From positions 106,723 to 170,722 of the forward strand of contig JBHHYI010000001.1 of the NCBI GenBank assembly GCA_046757525.1: DNA of 64,000 bases, read 5' to 3'. Shown piece by piece: positions 1 through 9,534 of this stretch. This stretch comes from a bacterium. GTDB taxonomy: Bacteria > Zhuqueibacterota > Zhuqueibacteria > Oceanimicrobiales > Oceanimicrobiaceae. Position numbers and translations under genes: made by a program. The notes beneath the pieces were generated by a model. That model did not search any database, had not been told where the DNA came from, and saw nothing but the letters and a program-made list of their open reading frames with translations. Numbering within the stretch: the first letter of the stretch is position 1; the number at the start of each line of letters is the position of its first letter.

Positions 1-126
1 AGGTGTTACCAATTGGCCGGGGACACGAGTGCTGCGAGTAAGAGTTTAGAATTGCTGCTTGAGAAATTTCCAAGTGCCGGCATAAAAAGTGATGCCGAAG
101 AATTATTAGCAGAGTTGAATCCTTAA
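1..126 (+). CDS. 3' end of an upstream gene; last 41 codons only (…LLEKFPSAGIKSDAEELLAELNP*). Function unknown.
   Basis: Frame-1 translation runs from position 1 to TAA at 124-126. Too short for the ORF track. Confidence 0.3.
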   Translation, partial: RCYQLAGDTSAASKSLELLLEKFPSAGIKSDAEELLAELNP

Positions 127-156
127 GCCGTAGATACCTGCATATACAAAAATTAC

Positions 157-185
157 TTGCAAAAACTAAATAATTTTGTTATATT
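157..185 (+). promoter_or_regulatory. Sigma-70-like promoter TTGCAA-N17-TATATT upstream of rimP
   Basis: TTGCAA at 157-162, 17-nt spacer, TATATT at 180-185, about 55 nt upstream of the rimP GTG start. Confidence 0.4.
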
Positions 186-197
186 CTACACTTGGAA

Positions 198-224
198 GTG
201 GGTCAAACGACCCACTTTTTTATT
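198..224 (+). terminator. Intrinsic-terminator-like hairpin (GTGGGTC-AAAC-GACCCAC + T6) in the rimP-nusA-infB leader; possible attenuator or terminator of the upstream gene
   Basis: Perfect 7-bp GC-rich stem 198-204/209-215, 4-nt loop, then TTTTTT at 216-221. Confidence 0.5.
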
Positions 225-238
225 GTAAGGATATTTAA

Positions 239-694
239 GTGAAAGACGTCGTTCGAAAACTACGGCGGCTATTTTCGGCCATTTTAGATGAGCAAAAGAT
301 CGAACTGGTTGAGTTGCTGGTCAAAGGGAGCAAGAGCCATCCGGTGATCAAGGTTTTCGTAGACGAGGCGCGTGGAGGTATCACGCTGTCTAAGTGTGAG
401 CAGCTAACTCGTCAATTCCTGGACGCGCTGGATGTGGAAAGCACCGTGCCAGGAAGTTACCGTTTAGAGGTCTCTTCTCCGGGTCTGGACCGCCCTTTGA
501 GAACTCTCAGCGACTTTACGCGCAACATTGGCCAAGAGGTTAGAATCGTTTACCGGGAAAATCTGGAAGAATCTAACATCCAAGGAAAAATCGAATGCAC
601 AATGCCAGGCATCGTTCGACTAAAATGCCAAGGCCGAGAGAAAGAAATTCCTATTTCACAAATTAAAGAGGGCAAAATAAGATTGCCCTGGTAA
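239..694 (+). CDS. rimP: Ribosome maturation factor RimP
   Basis: 151 aa, GTG start. Sits just upstream of nusA-infB. The translation has the RimP-like conserved core …RLEVSSPGLDRPL…. Confidence 0.85.
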   Translation: MKDVVRKLRRLFSAILDEQKIELVELLVKGSKSHPVIKVFVDEARGGITLSKCEQLTRQFLDALDVESTVPGSYRLEVSSPGLDRPLRTLSDFTRNIGQEVRIVYRENLEESNIQGKIECTMPGIVRLKCQGREKEIPISQIKEGKIRLPW

Positions 695-723
695 TTGCGG
701 GTTAATTGGAGGTTTGTTGCAGC

Positions 724-1971
724 ATGAAAAGCGAAATCGTTGAAGCTTTTTCTCAAATTGTGAAGGAGAAGAATATAGACAAAGAGCTTCTTGGCGAAAT
801 CCTTGAAGGTACCATTCTTTCGATAATCAAGAAAAAGTATGGCAATGCAGACAATTTCGATATCTTTGTGAGCTCAGATAAGGGTGAAATCGAAATTTAC
901 CAGAACAAAGTAATTGTGGAAAAGGTCGAAGATGAAGTCAGCGAGATTGACCTGGAATCTGCCCGGAAGGTTGCCCCGGACCTGGAGATCGGAGATGAGT
1001 ATGTGGAGATCGTGAATCCGGCCAGTTTTGGGCGCAGATTGATCGTGTCGGCCAAACAAAACCTCAATCAAAAATTAAAAGATGCTGAGAAGGAAATCAT
1101 CTTAGAGGACTTTCAAAAGCGCGTTGGTGAAATAATCATTGGCGACGTGCGGCAAATCAACAGAGACGAAATCTATTTAAACATTGAGAAGACAGAAGTG
1201 ACCCTGCCGCGCAGAGAACAGATTCAAAGTGAAAGATACCGGCGGGGAGATCATATCCGGGTGATTGTCAAGGGTGTTTCGAAAACCAATCGCGGGTTGG
1301 AAATCATCGTGTCGCGGGCGGACCCAATGTTTGCCATCCGGCTTTTTGAATTAGAGGTGCCTGAGATTTATGATGGAATCATCGAGATCAAAAGCGTAGC
1401 CCGTGAGCCTGGAGAACGGGCCAAGATCGCAGTAACCTCCAACGACAAACGGATTGATGCTTTGGGTGCGTGTGTGGGGATGAAAGGAATCCGGATTCAG
1501 GCGATCAGTCGCGAGTTGAATAATGAAAAAATCGACGTCATCAATTGGCACAGTGATCCGGGTATATTTATTTCAAGGTCGTTGAGCCCTGCCAAGGTGA
1601 GCAAAGTAATCGTGGACCAAAACAAAAAGAAAGCGATTGCTGTCCTTTCTGACAGCCAGGTGTCTCTGGCTATTGGCAGAGGTGGGCAAAACCGACGACT
1701 GGCCTCCAGGCTTACTGGCTATGACATTGAAATCATCAAAGAAAGCGATTATTTGAGAATCATGCAAACTGACCTTGAGGGGGATCACAACATTAGTTTG
1801 AAAGAAGTGGACGGTATCACACCAAGCGTCTTAAAGAAATTGACGGATGCCGACGTGGAGACTGTGGCAGACGTCATGAAATTGGGCAGAAAGGAATTAA
1901 TGAAAATCCCTGGAATTGGAGAGAAGACTGCTCGAAAGATTCTCAAAAAGGTTAATTTTGTAAGTAACTGA
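724..1971 (+). CDS. nusA: Transcription termination/antitermination factor NusA
   Basis: The 421-aa ORF is trimmed to ATG 724 (MKSEIVEAF…). S1/KH-like core and C-terminal acidic repeats are present. Conserved position before infB. Confidence 0.9.
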   Translation: MKSEIVEAFSQIVKEKNIDKELLGEILEGTILSIIKKKYGNADNFDIFVSSDKGEIEIYQNKVIVEKVEDEVSEIDLESARKVAPDLEIGDEYVEIVNPASFGRRLIVSAKQNLNQKLKDAEKEIILEDFQKRVGEIIIGDVRQINRDEIYLNIEKTEVTLPRREQIQSERYRRGDHIRVIVKGVSKTNRGLEIIVSRADPMFAIRLFELEVPEIYDGIIEIKSVAREPGERAKIAVTSNDKRIDALGACVGMKGIRIQAISRELNNEKIDVINWHSDPGIFISRSLSPAKVSKVIVDQNKKKAIAVLSDSQVSLAIGRGGQNRRLASRLTGYDIEIIKESDYLRIMQTDLEGDHNISLKEVDGITPSVLKKLTDADVETVADVMKLGRKELMKIPGIGEKTARKILKKVNFVSN

Positions 1972-2007
1972 TCGAGCTGAGCCTCAAAAAATAGTGGAGA
2001 AACTGAT

Positions 2008-4704
2008 TTGAGTGGTACACGCAGAGTATTTCAAGTCGCTCGAGAATTGCACATTTCGAACGAGGCGGCGATAAGTTTTCTGGGCAAATTGGATTCGAAG
2101 ATTCATAATCAGATGAGTTCGGTGCCGGATTCGCTGTACGAAAAAATATGCCAAAAATACAACAGCGACAATATAGCGACTGATGTTGAACAAGACTTTC
2201 GGCAACGCCTGAAAGACAAAAAGATATTAGATGAGCTGCGTCGAAGCAAAGCGCGCAAAGAATTAGAGGAGAGAATTAAAGTTGCCACCAGAATAGCTGA
2301 AGAGCGACCCAGGAGACGAAAGGAAGCGCAAGAAACTGCTGAGCAGAAGGCTGAAGAGCAACGTAAGCTTGCAGAACAAGAAAAGAAACTAAAAGAGGTC
2401 CAGGCCGAGAAAGTTGCAGAAAAACCAGAGGAGTTGTCCGTAGTTGAGCGAATATCGCGTGCGAAAAAGGAGATCGAGCGTCAGAACAAATTAGCAAAGG
2501 CTCAGAAGACAGGCGAGGAGAAAGAGGTTGGTGCACAAGAAGGGAAGAAGAAGGGAGTCGTTGCAAAAGAAAAGACAGCTTTAGAAGAGGGTGCCGGCCA
2601 GGAAAAAGTTGCGGCTGAAGTCAAAGTCAAGGCTGAAACGCCTGCCAAAACCAAAAAGGCGAGGAAAGGCAAGACAGAAGAGCAAGAAGTTGTCGCAACG
2701 GAAGCCAAGGACGAGAAAGAGAAAGAAAAAAAAGAAGAAAAAGAGTCGAAGAAAAAACTGGCTGGTACTGAGAAGCAAACTCAGGAAAAAGGCAAACGCA
2801 AGAAAAAGAGGAAAAAGCGCAAAATCAGCGAGGAGGAGATCGAGGAGTCCATTCGTCAAACTCTGGCGGCAATGGAAGAAGTCAAGCCCAAGCGACGCAA
2901 ACGCAAAGTTAAGGGTACCGAAGAGACAGAAGAAGTCGATGAAAATGTGATCAAGGTGAGTGAGTTTATCTCCACTGCGGAATTGGCTGACATGCTCAAT
3001 GTTGAACCCACGGAAGTCATACAGAAGTGTTTGCAATTGGGCATGATGGTTTCCATAAACCAACGTCTCGACATGGAAACCATTGTGTCCGTGGCCGATG
3101 AGTTTGGCTGCGAAGTGGAAATCGTTCAGGAGTATGGCGCGGACACCATTGATCACGAAGACCTTTTGGAGATCGATGAGGAGACTGCGGTTCCCCGCCA
3201 TCCTGTGGTCACCATCATGGGGCACGTCGATCATGGCAAGACCTCTCTGTTGGATTATATTCGAAAAAGCAATATCATAGCTGGTGAAGCTGGTAGCATT
3301 ACTCAGCACATAGGAGCTTACGAAGTTCAGGTCGATGGCAGCGCCATAACCTTTCTGGACACACCAGGCCATGAGGCGTTTACCGCCATGCGTGCACGTG
3401 GCGCTCAGGTTACGGATCTGGTGGTCCTGATCGTCGCGGCCGACGATGGCGTGCAGCCTCAGACCATCGAGGCCATCAATCACGCCAAAGCTGCGGGAGT
3501 TCCCATCGTCGTTGCGATCAACAAAATAGACAAACCTGCCGCGAACCCGGAGCAGTTGAAAAAGCAGCTTGCCGACAACGATGTGCTGGTAGAGAGTTGG
3601 GGAGGAAAATACCAATCGGTAGAGATTTCGGCAAAGAAGGGGATTGGCATCGACAAGCTTCTGGAGATGATTCTTTTGGAAGCGGACATTCTGGAACTGA
3701 AAGCCAATCCGGAGCACAAAGCCCGCGGCATCATCATTGAAGCAAGACTGGACAAGGGGAAAGGTCCGGTGGCAACCGTGTTGGTGCAAAATGGCACTTT
3801 GAGAGTCGGCGATTCGTTTGTTTCCGGGCAGTTTAGCGGAAAAGTCAGGGCCATGTACAACGAACGCAACAAGAAAGTCACCAAGGCACCCCCGGCCACG
3901 CCGGTACAGGTGGTTGGATTCGACGGCGTACCCCAGGCCGGTGACACCTTTGTGGTCATGGACACCGAGCGGGAAGTGCGGGAGATAAGCATGAAGCGGC
4001 AACAACTGCGGCGGGAGCAAGATTTTCGCCGTGCGCGGCATGTCACCCTTGATCAGATTTCTCAGCGAATTCGTGAGGGCGTTGTTAAGGAGCTTAACCT
4101 CATTGTGAAAGCGGATGTGGATGGTTCGGCAGAGGCTCTCAGTGATGCTTTGATGAAACTTTCAAATGATGAGGTCTCTGTAAACGTCATTCACAAAGGC
4201 GTCGGCGGAATTTCGGAATCCGACATTCTGTTGGCCGCGGCCTCTCACGCGGTGATTGTTGGCTTTCACATTCGGCCTACGCTGCAAGCCAGAGAATTGG
4301 CGGAGAAAGAAAATGTGGACATCCATCTGTATCGCGTCATTTACGACGCCGTCGAAGATGTCAAATTGGCCCTGGAAGGTATGCTTGAACCGGAAATCGT
4401 CGAGGAGATGACGGCTTCGGTGGAAGTCAGGGACATTTTCAAGGTACCGAAAACTGGCACGGTGGCCGGTTGTTACGTGCAGTCCGGCAAGATTAATCGC
4501 AACGATTTGGCCAAGATCTACCGGGATGATAAATTGCTGTACGAAACCAAGATCAAATCGTTGAAGCGTTTCAAGGATGATGTGCGCGAAGTTGCAGCCG
4601 GCTTTGAGTGTGGCGTCGGTTTGGAGGGCTTTGACGACGTCAAGATTGGCGACATCATCGAATCGTACCAGCAAATCGAAACCAAACGGAAGCTGCAAAT
4701 ATGA
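2008..4704 (+). CDS. infB: Translation initiation factor IF-2
   Basis: 898 aa, TTG start. K/E-rich N-terminal region. GTPase motifs GHVDHGKTS, DTPGH and NKID are present, followed by the C-terminal beta-barrel domains. Confidence 0.95.
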   Translation: MSGTRRVFQVARELHISNEAAISFLGKLDSKIHNQMSSVPDSLYEKICQKYNSDNIATDVEQDFRQRLKDKKILDELRRSKARKELEERIKVATRIAEERPRRRKEAQETAEQKAEEQRKLAEQEKKLKEVQAEKVAEKPEELSVVERISRAKKEIERQNKLAKAQKTGEEKEVGAQEGKKKGVVAKEKTALEEGAGQEKVAAEVKVKAETPAKTKKARKGKTEEQEVVATEAKDEKEKEKKEEKESKKKLAGTEKQTQEKGKRKKKRKKRKISEEEIEESIRQTLAAMEEVKPKRRKRKVKGTEETEEVDENVIKVSEFISTAELADMLNVEPTEVIQKCLQLGMMVSINQRLDMETIVSVADEFGCEVEIVQEYGADTIDHEDLLEIDEETAVPRHPVVTIMGHVDHGKTSLLDYIRKSNIIAGEAGSITQHIGAYEVQVDGSAITFLDTPGHEAFTAMRARGAQVTDLVVLIVAADDGVQPQTIEAINHAKAAGVPIVVAINKIDKPAANPEQLKKQLADNDVLVESWGGKYQSVEISAKKGIGIDKLLEMILLEADILELKANPEHKARGIIIEARLDKGKGPVATVLVQNGTLRVGDSFVSGQFSGKVRAMYNERNKKVTKAPPATPVQVVGFDGVPQAGDTFVVMDTEREVREISMKRQQLRREQDFRRARHVTLDQISQRIREGVVKELNLIVKADVDGSAEALSDALMKLSNDEVSVNVIHKGVGGISESDILLAAASHAVIVGFHIRPTLQARELAEKENVDIHLYRVIYDAVEDVKLALEGMLEPEIVEEMTASVEVRDIFKVPKTGTVAGCYVQSGKINRNDLAKIYRDDKLLYETKIKSLKRFKDDVREVAAGFECGVGLEGFDDVKIGDIIESYQQIETKRKLQI

Positions 4705-4733
4705 ACCCAACACCGGCTCAAAAGCGGTAGGCT

Positions 4734-5015
4734 ATGCTGATTGGCGTGTGTCGCATCGAATTGTTCGTACCTAATAGCAGTTCCTTGAAAGCCAAACGGT
4801 TCGTTCTGACCAGTATCAAGAAACGCATTCATAACAAGTTCAACGTTTCGGTTTCTGAAGTGGACAGCCATGACAAATGGCAAAGGGTAACTCTGGGCCT
4901 ATCGATGGTGTCGAATGAACGCAAACACATCGACGCCATCGTCAGTGAGATTCTCAAGTTCATCGAAATGGATGGCAGGATGGAGATAGTCAATCACTTA
5001 ACCGAGATTTATTAG
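4734..5015 (+). CDS. DUF503 (YlxP-like) protein of the nusA-infB operon
   Basis: 93 aa, conserved position between infB and rbfA; sequence resembles YlxP-family proteins. Confidence 0.7.
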   Translation: MLIGVCRIELFVPNSSSLKAKRFVLTSIKKRIHNKFNVSVSEVDSHDKWQRVTLGLSMVSNERKHIDAIVSEILKFIEMDGRMEIVNHLTEIY

Positions 5016-5017
5016 AG

Positions 5018-5377
5018 ATGTTAGAATATAAACGCTCACAGAGAGTGGCCGAACTTTTGCGCGAGGAGATTAGCAAGATTGTTACCAATGAGCTCAAAGA
5101 TCCCGACATTGGCCTGGCGACCATTACCCATGTTAGAGTGAGCGACAATCTTAGGTCAGCGCACATATTCGTTCAAGTTTATGGCGATGTTGAGAAGTCC
5201 CAAAAAAGTCTTTCGGGATTGCTGCGGGCCAGGAATTGGATCAGGAATGAGTTGGGGCACAGGTTGTCTCTGAAGTATGTGCCTGAACTTACGTTTTGTT
5301 ATGACGACACGCTGGAGTACGCTGAGAATATCGAATCTTTAATAAAGACCATACACGAGGGTGACGCGGACGGATAA
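5018..5377 (+). CDS. rbfA: Ribosome-binding factor A
   Basis: 119 aa, MLEYKRSQRVAELLREEIS… RbfA-like; conserved position. Confidence 0.9.
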   Translation: MLEYKRSQRVAELLREEISKIVTNELKDPDIGLATITHVRVSDNLRSAHIFVQVYGDVEKSQKSLSGLLRARNWIRNELGHRLSLKYVPELTFCYDDTLEYAENIESLIKTIHEGDADG

Positions 5378-6068
5378 AGCCACAGCAATTTCCCAAGGGG
5401 CGCATTTTGATTTTGAAAGGGGCGAAGTACTCAACATCAACAAGCCGGAGAATTGCACTTCGTTTGATGTCGTAAAGAGAATTCGCGCGCTGGTTGCAGT
5501 GAAAAAAGTGGGGCATGCTGGTACGCTGGACCCATTTGCACGGGGGGTTCTTTTGATTTGCACCGGGAAGGCCACCAAGCGCGTCTCGGACTTAGTGGAC
5601 TGTGACAAAGAGTATCTCGCCACCATTGAACTGGGCAAAGTCACCGACACGCTGGACCGAACCGGCACCATAATCAGGGAAACCGTCCCCCCGGTGTTTG
5701 ATCGGGCGACCATTCTGAGGGTTTGCAACCAGTTTACAGGCGAGATATGGCAGACCCCGCCAATGTATTCGGCCATCAAAATAAAGGGCCAGAGGCTGTA
5801 TGATTTGGCTCGCCGCGGCATGGTGGTCGACAGAAAGCCCAGAAAGGTGACCATTCACCATATTGAATTGCTCAACTTTGATTCCCCGCGGATGGAACTC
5901 AGAGTAACATGTTCCAAGGGGACCTATATTCGCGCTTTGGCTTACGACATCGGAGAAGAATTAGGTTGCGGGGCACATTTGAACGAACTGGTTCGTACGC
6001 GCATTGGACCGTACAAACTTGAGAATGCTTTTACTTTAAACAGATTTGAACGATTGTTGGCACATTAG
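5361..6068 (+). CDS. truB: tRNA pseudouridine(55) synthase TruB
   Basis: 235 aa. The translation has the TruB-like conserved motif HAGTLDPFARGVLLICTGKATK. Overlaps the rbfA end. Confidence 0.9.
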   Translation: MTRTDKATAISQGAHFDFERGEVLNINKPENCTSFDVVKRIRALVAVKKVGHAGTLDPFARGVLLICTGKATKRVSDLVDCDKEYLATIELGKVTDTLDRTGTIIRETVPPVFDRATILRVCNQFTGEIWQTPPMYSAIKIKGQRLYDLARRGMVVDRKPRKVTIHHIELLNFDSPRMELRVTCSKGTYIRALAYDIGEELGCGAHLNELVRTRIGPYKLENAFTLNRFERLLAH

Positions 6069-6079
6069 ATTTGAATTAC

Positions 6080-7018
6080 ATGGAAATCTATCCGGACCTC
6101 AACAGCGTCAAAAAGAATTCGAACTCGGTGATAACCGTTGGCACTTTCGATGGGGTTCACTTAGGACATCAGTTTATTCTGGAGGAATTAAAAAAGAGAG
6201 CTATCCGGCGGGGTGCAGCTTCCACCTTAGTGACTTTCAAGCCACATCCACAACTGGTGCTCAACAGCAAGAAACCAGATCTCAAAATTTTGACGACCCT
6301 TGAGGAAAAGATCGAAATTCTGTCCCAGATTCAATTGGATCGAGTGATCATCATTCCCTTTACCAGAGAGTTTGCCAAAACGCCGTCGCACGATTTCGTA
6401 CGCACGATTCTGTTCGACACCATCGGATTCAAGGAAATAGTCGTGGGCCATGACCATGCCTTTGGCAAAGATCGGGAAGGCGACATGAGTACTTTGCGGG
6501 CCATGGCTGATGAATTAGGGTTTTCAGTAGACAATTTGCCGGGGTACCAATTGGACGGGACGGTCATTAGCAGCACAAAAATAAGAAATCTGATTGCCGG
6601 CGACAATATCAAAGAAGCTAACAAACTCTTAGCCAGAAATTACTTTTTCAGTGGCAAAGTAGTCCCGGGAGATGGCCGCGGCGCCAGACAAAATTTTCCG
6701 ACCGCTAATCTTCAAATCGATTCGGAAGACAAATTGATTCCCCCCGATGGCGTCTATGCCGTACATGTGCGTCTAAGCGGAGAACAATATCACGGTATGA
6801 TGAACATCGGTGTCCGACCCACGTTTGGAGAGCGTCAGCACACCATTGAAGTCCATATTTTCAATTTTGACCAGGACATTTACGGAGAAACCTTGAGAAT
6901 TGAATGCGTTGAAAAGATCAGAAATGAGATTCATTTCTCCAATCCAGGTGAATTGGTAAAACAATTAGAGAAAGACAAAACCCATTGCGTAACCCTATTA
7001 AGAGAACAGGAGGCATGA
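6080..7018 (+). CDS. ribF: Bifunctional riboflavin kinase / FMN adenylyltransferase
   Basis: ORF 6071-7018 trimmed to ATG 6080 (MEIYPDL…). [13 protein letters not shown] nucleotidyltransferase motif plus a C-terminal riboflavin kinase domain. Confidence 0.9.
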   Translation: MEIYPDLNSVKKNSNSVITVGTFDGVHLGHQFILEELKKRAIRRGAASTLVTFKPHPQLVLNSKKPDLKILTTLEEKIEILSQIQLDRVIIIPFTREFAKTPSHDFVRTILFDTIGFKEIVVGHDHAFGKDREGDMSTLRAMADELGFSVDNLPGYQLDGTVISSTKIRNLIAGDNIKEANKLLARNYFFSGKVVPGDGRGARQNFPTANLQIDSEDKLIPPDGVYAVHVRLSGEQYHGMMNIGVRPTFGERQHTIEVHIFNFDQDIYGETLRIECVEKIRNEIHFSNPGELVKQLEKDKTHCVTLLREQEA

Positions 7019-7287
7019 TGGCCCTTAGCTCAGAAGAAAAACGTACGCTCATTAAAGAATATGGCGATAGCGAAAAGGACTCGGGAAAAACCGAAGTGCA
7101 AATAGCCATGCTGACCAAAAGAATCAACCAGCTAACGCCACATTTCAATGAGCACAAAAAAGACCACCATTCACGACGGGGGTTGCTCAAGATGGTCGGC
7201 AAGAGAAGGAGATTGTTAGACTATCTGGCGAAGAAAGATATCGAACGGTATCGCAAGGTCATTAAACAATTGGGCATTAGGCGGTGA
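7015..7287 (+). CDS. rpsO: 30S ribosomal protein S15
   Basis: ATG at 7015 with a GGAGG box 7-9 nt upstream, overlapping the ribF stop. Translation [17 protein letters not shown]… is S15-like. Confidence 0.9.
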   Translation: MMALSSEEKRTLIKEYGDSEKDSGKTEVQIAMLTKRINQLTPHFNEHKKDHHSRRGLLKMVGKRRRLLDYLAKKDIERYRKVIKQLGIRR

Positions 7288-7424
7288 CGCCGTCACAGAA
7301 TGCCGGTTTAGTGGGCTCGGGGCTTTTGAGCTGAGTTTGCGGTATCTTCAAGACCGAGGACCTCTGGCAGAAAAGAGCAGGCCCGATTAATAACGTGGTA
7401 CAACTTAAAGGAGTTGCTTTGGAC

Positions 7425-9524
7425 ATGATTGTAAACGAACAGATTGAAATTGACGGTAAGACTTATTCTATCGAAACAGGCAAGGTTGCTAAGCAAGCCA
7501 ATGGATCGGTTTGGGTAAGAGTCGAGGATACCATTGTAATGGCTGCCGTGGTTGGGGCCACCGAGCCTACTGAAGGGTTGGATTTTTTCCCGCTTACTGT
7601 GGAGTATCGGGAAAGAGCCTATGCGGCCGGTAAGATTCCCGGGGGATTCTTCAAAAGAGAGGGCAGACCGAGTGAGAATGAAATCTTGAATGCCCGCATC
7701 GTTGATCGATCGATTCGGCCCCTCTTTCCAAAAGGCTACAAGAACGAAGTACAAGTCATGGTCTACGTTTTGTCGGCGGACAAGGAAAACGATCCGGATG
7801 TTTTGGCCGTAACCGGTGCCTCGGCGGCGCTATATATTTCGGATTTACCTTTTTATGATCCAATCGCCGCGGTTAGAGTCGGACGCATTAAGGGAGAATA
7901 TGTTGTCAATCCAACTTTTGCGGAGTTGGAAGAAAGCGACATCGACCTGGTGGTCTCGGCAACCAGGGAGTCTAGTGTCATGGTTGAAGGCGAAGCCAAA
8001 GAAATCAGTGAGCAAGATATGCTCGGTGCTTTGCAATTTGGTCACGAGAAGGTCAAGCAGATCTTGACTCTGGAGCAAAAGCTGTTCGAAAAAGTTGGTA
8101 AGGCGAAAATGGAAGTCCACCCGGATGAGCCTCCCGAAGAAATCGTCAAGAAAACCACAGAAGTCGTCGAGCCGCAGATACATCGAATATTCTCGATCAC
8201 GGAGAAGCAACAGAGGCATGATTTCGTGCACGAATTGAAGGAAGCTGCCGTTGAAGGCTTGTCGGAGGCTTACCCGGATTGCGAAAAGGAAGTCTCTGAG
8301 ATCGTCCACGATATCGAAAAGCAGGTCATCCGAAACAAGATAGTCACCGAAGGCAAGCGCATTGATGGTCGCGGTTTGGATGATATTCGCCCCATTAGCT
8401 GCGAAGTCGGGGTATTGCCACGCGCCCACGGCTCTGCTCTTTTTACCAGAGGCCAGACCCAGGCCCTGGCAGCCACCACACTGGGTACCAAGATTGATGA
8501 GCAGAAAATGGAAGAACTTGAAGGGGCATTCTGGAAGACCTACATGTTGCACTACAATTTCCCGCCCTTTTGTGTCGGCGAGATCCGGCCCATTCGCGGA
8601 GTCAGCCGCCGGGAGGTGGGACATGGACATCTGGCTGAGAGAGCCATTAAACCTGCGATTCCGTCGGACACCGTTTTCCCCTACACCTTGCGCATTGTCT
8701 CTGACATTTTAGAATCCAATGGTTCCTCCTCAATGGCCACAGTCTGTGCTGGTTCTCTTTCGCTCATGGATGCCGGCGTGCCGCTGAAAACGCCGATTGC
8801 CGGCATCGCCATGGGGCTCATTAAAGAAGAGGACAATTACGTCATCCTGACCGATATTTTAGGCGATGAGGACCACCTGGGGGACATGGACTTCAAAGTG
8901 GCCGGCTCCAATGAAGGCATCACAGCCTTTCAAATGGACATCAAGGTAAAAGGCATTCCTGCCGAAGTATTAGAGCAAGCTTTGGAGAAAGCGAGGGTCG
9001 CCCGCTTGAAAGTCCTTGACATCATGAACCAGACCCTTGACAAACCGCGGGACGAAATATCACCCTACGCGCCCACGATCACGACCATAAAGATCGGGGT
9101 CGATAATATTGGTACCGTCATCGGTCCCGGTGGCAAAATGATTCGGGAGATTACAGAAAAATCGGGCGCTACCATAAACATTGAAGACGACGGCACGGTT
9201 ATGATTGCCTCAACCGACCCCAGCGGTAGCAAGATGGCCCTGAGCATGATAGAGCAACTGGTTCAGGAACCTGAGTCTGGACAGACCTATATAGGTAAGG
9301 TCAAGAAAATTACTAACTTCGGGGCTTTCGTGGAATTCTTGCCTGGCAAAGAAGGTCTCCTTCATATCTCCGAAATTGCCCACCACCGGATCAACCGGGT
9401 TGAAGAGTATCTCAAAGTGGGCGATGAGATCGAAGTTAAGTTGCTGAAGATCGATTCTGGCGGCAAATTTGATTTGAGCAGAAAAGCGCTGCTGGAGAAA
9501 GATTCTGCCACAACGAAAAACTAA
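7425..9524 (+). CDS. pnp: Polyribonucleotide nucleotidyltransferase (PNPase)
   Basis: Two RNase PH domains, a KH domain and an S1 domain. Start trimmed to ATG 7425. TTG 7419 and GTG 7395 are alternatives (AGGAG at 7409-7413). Confidence 0.9.
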   Translation: MIVNEQIEIDGKTYSIETGKVAKQANGSVWVRVEDTIVMAAVVGATEPTEGLDFFPLTVEYRERAYAAGKIPGGFFKREGRPSENEILNARIVDRSIRPLFPKGYKNEVQVMVYVLSADKENDPDVLAVTGASAALYISDLPFYDPIAAVRVGRIKGEYVVNPTFAELEESDIDLVVSATRESSVMVEGEAKEISEQDMLGALQFGHEKVKQILTLEQKLFEKVGKAKMEVHPDEPPEEIVKKTTEVVEPQIHRIFSITEKQQRHDFVHELKEAAVEGLSEAYPDCEKEVSEIVHDIEKQVIRNKIVTEGKRIDGRGLDDIRPISCEVGVLPRAHGSALFTRGQTQALAATTLGTKIDEQKMEELEGAFWKTYMLHYNFPPFCVGEIRPIRGVSRREVGHGHLAERAIKPAIPSDTVFPYTLRIVSDILESNGSSSMATVCAGSLSLMDAGVPLKTPIAGIAMGLIKEEDNYVILTDILGDEDHLGDMDFKVAGSNEGITAFQMDIKVKGIPAEVLEQALEKARVARLKVLDIMNQTLDKPRDEISPYAPTITTIKIGVDNIGTVIGPGGKMIREITEKSGATINIEDDGTVMIASTDPSGSKMALSMIEQLVQEPESGQTYIGKVKKITNFGAFVEFLPGKEGLLHISEIAHHRINRVEEYLKVGDEIEVKLLKIDSGGKFDLSRKALLEKDSATTKN

Positions 9525-9534
9525 AGGGCGGGCC

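Noticed and set aside
2280-2860. Apparent tandem repetition (aaagaag/gaaaaag) that could be mistaken for a repeat array or CRISPR
   Set aside because: It is codon-level repetition encoding the K/E-rich disordered linker of IF-2. There are no regular spacers or direct repeats of CRISPR length.
2581-4041. 486-aa minus-strand ORF and a 119-aa K/R-rich plus-strand ORF (2591-2950) overlapping infB
   Set aside because: Both are alternative-frame artefacts of the GA/K-E-rich infB N-terminal region. Their translations are low-complexity, and infB itself has clear GTPase motifs.
7845-8630. 261-aa minus-strand ORF inside pnp
   Set aside because: Antisense to a well-supported PNPase coding sequence. 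No recognisable domains.
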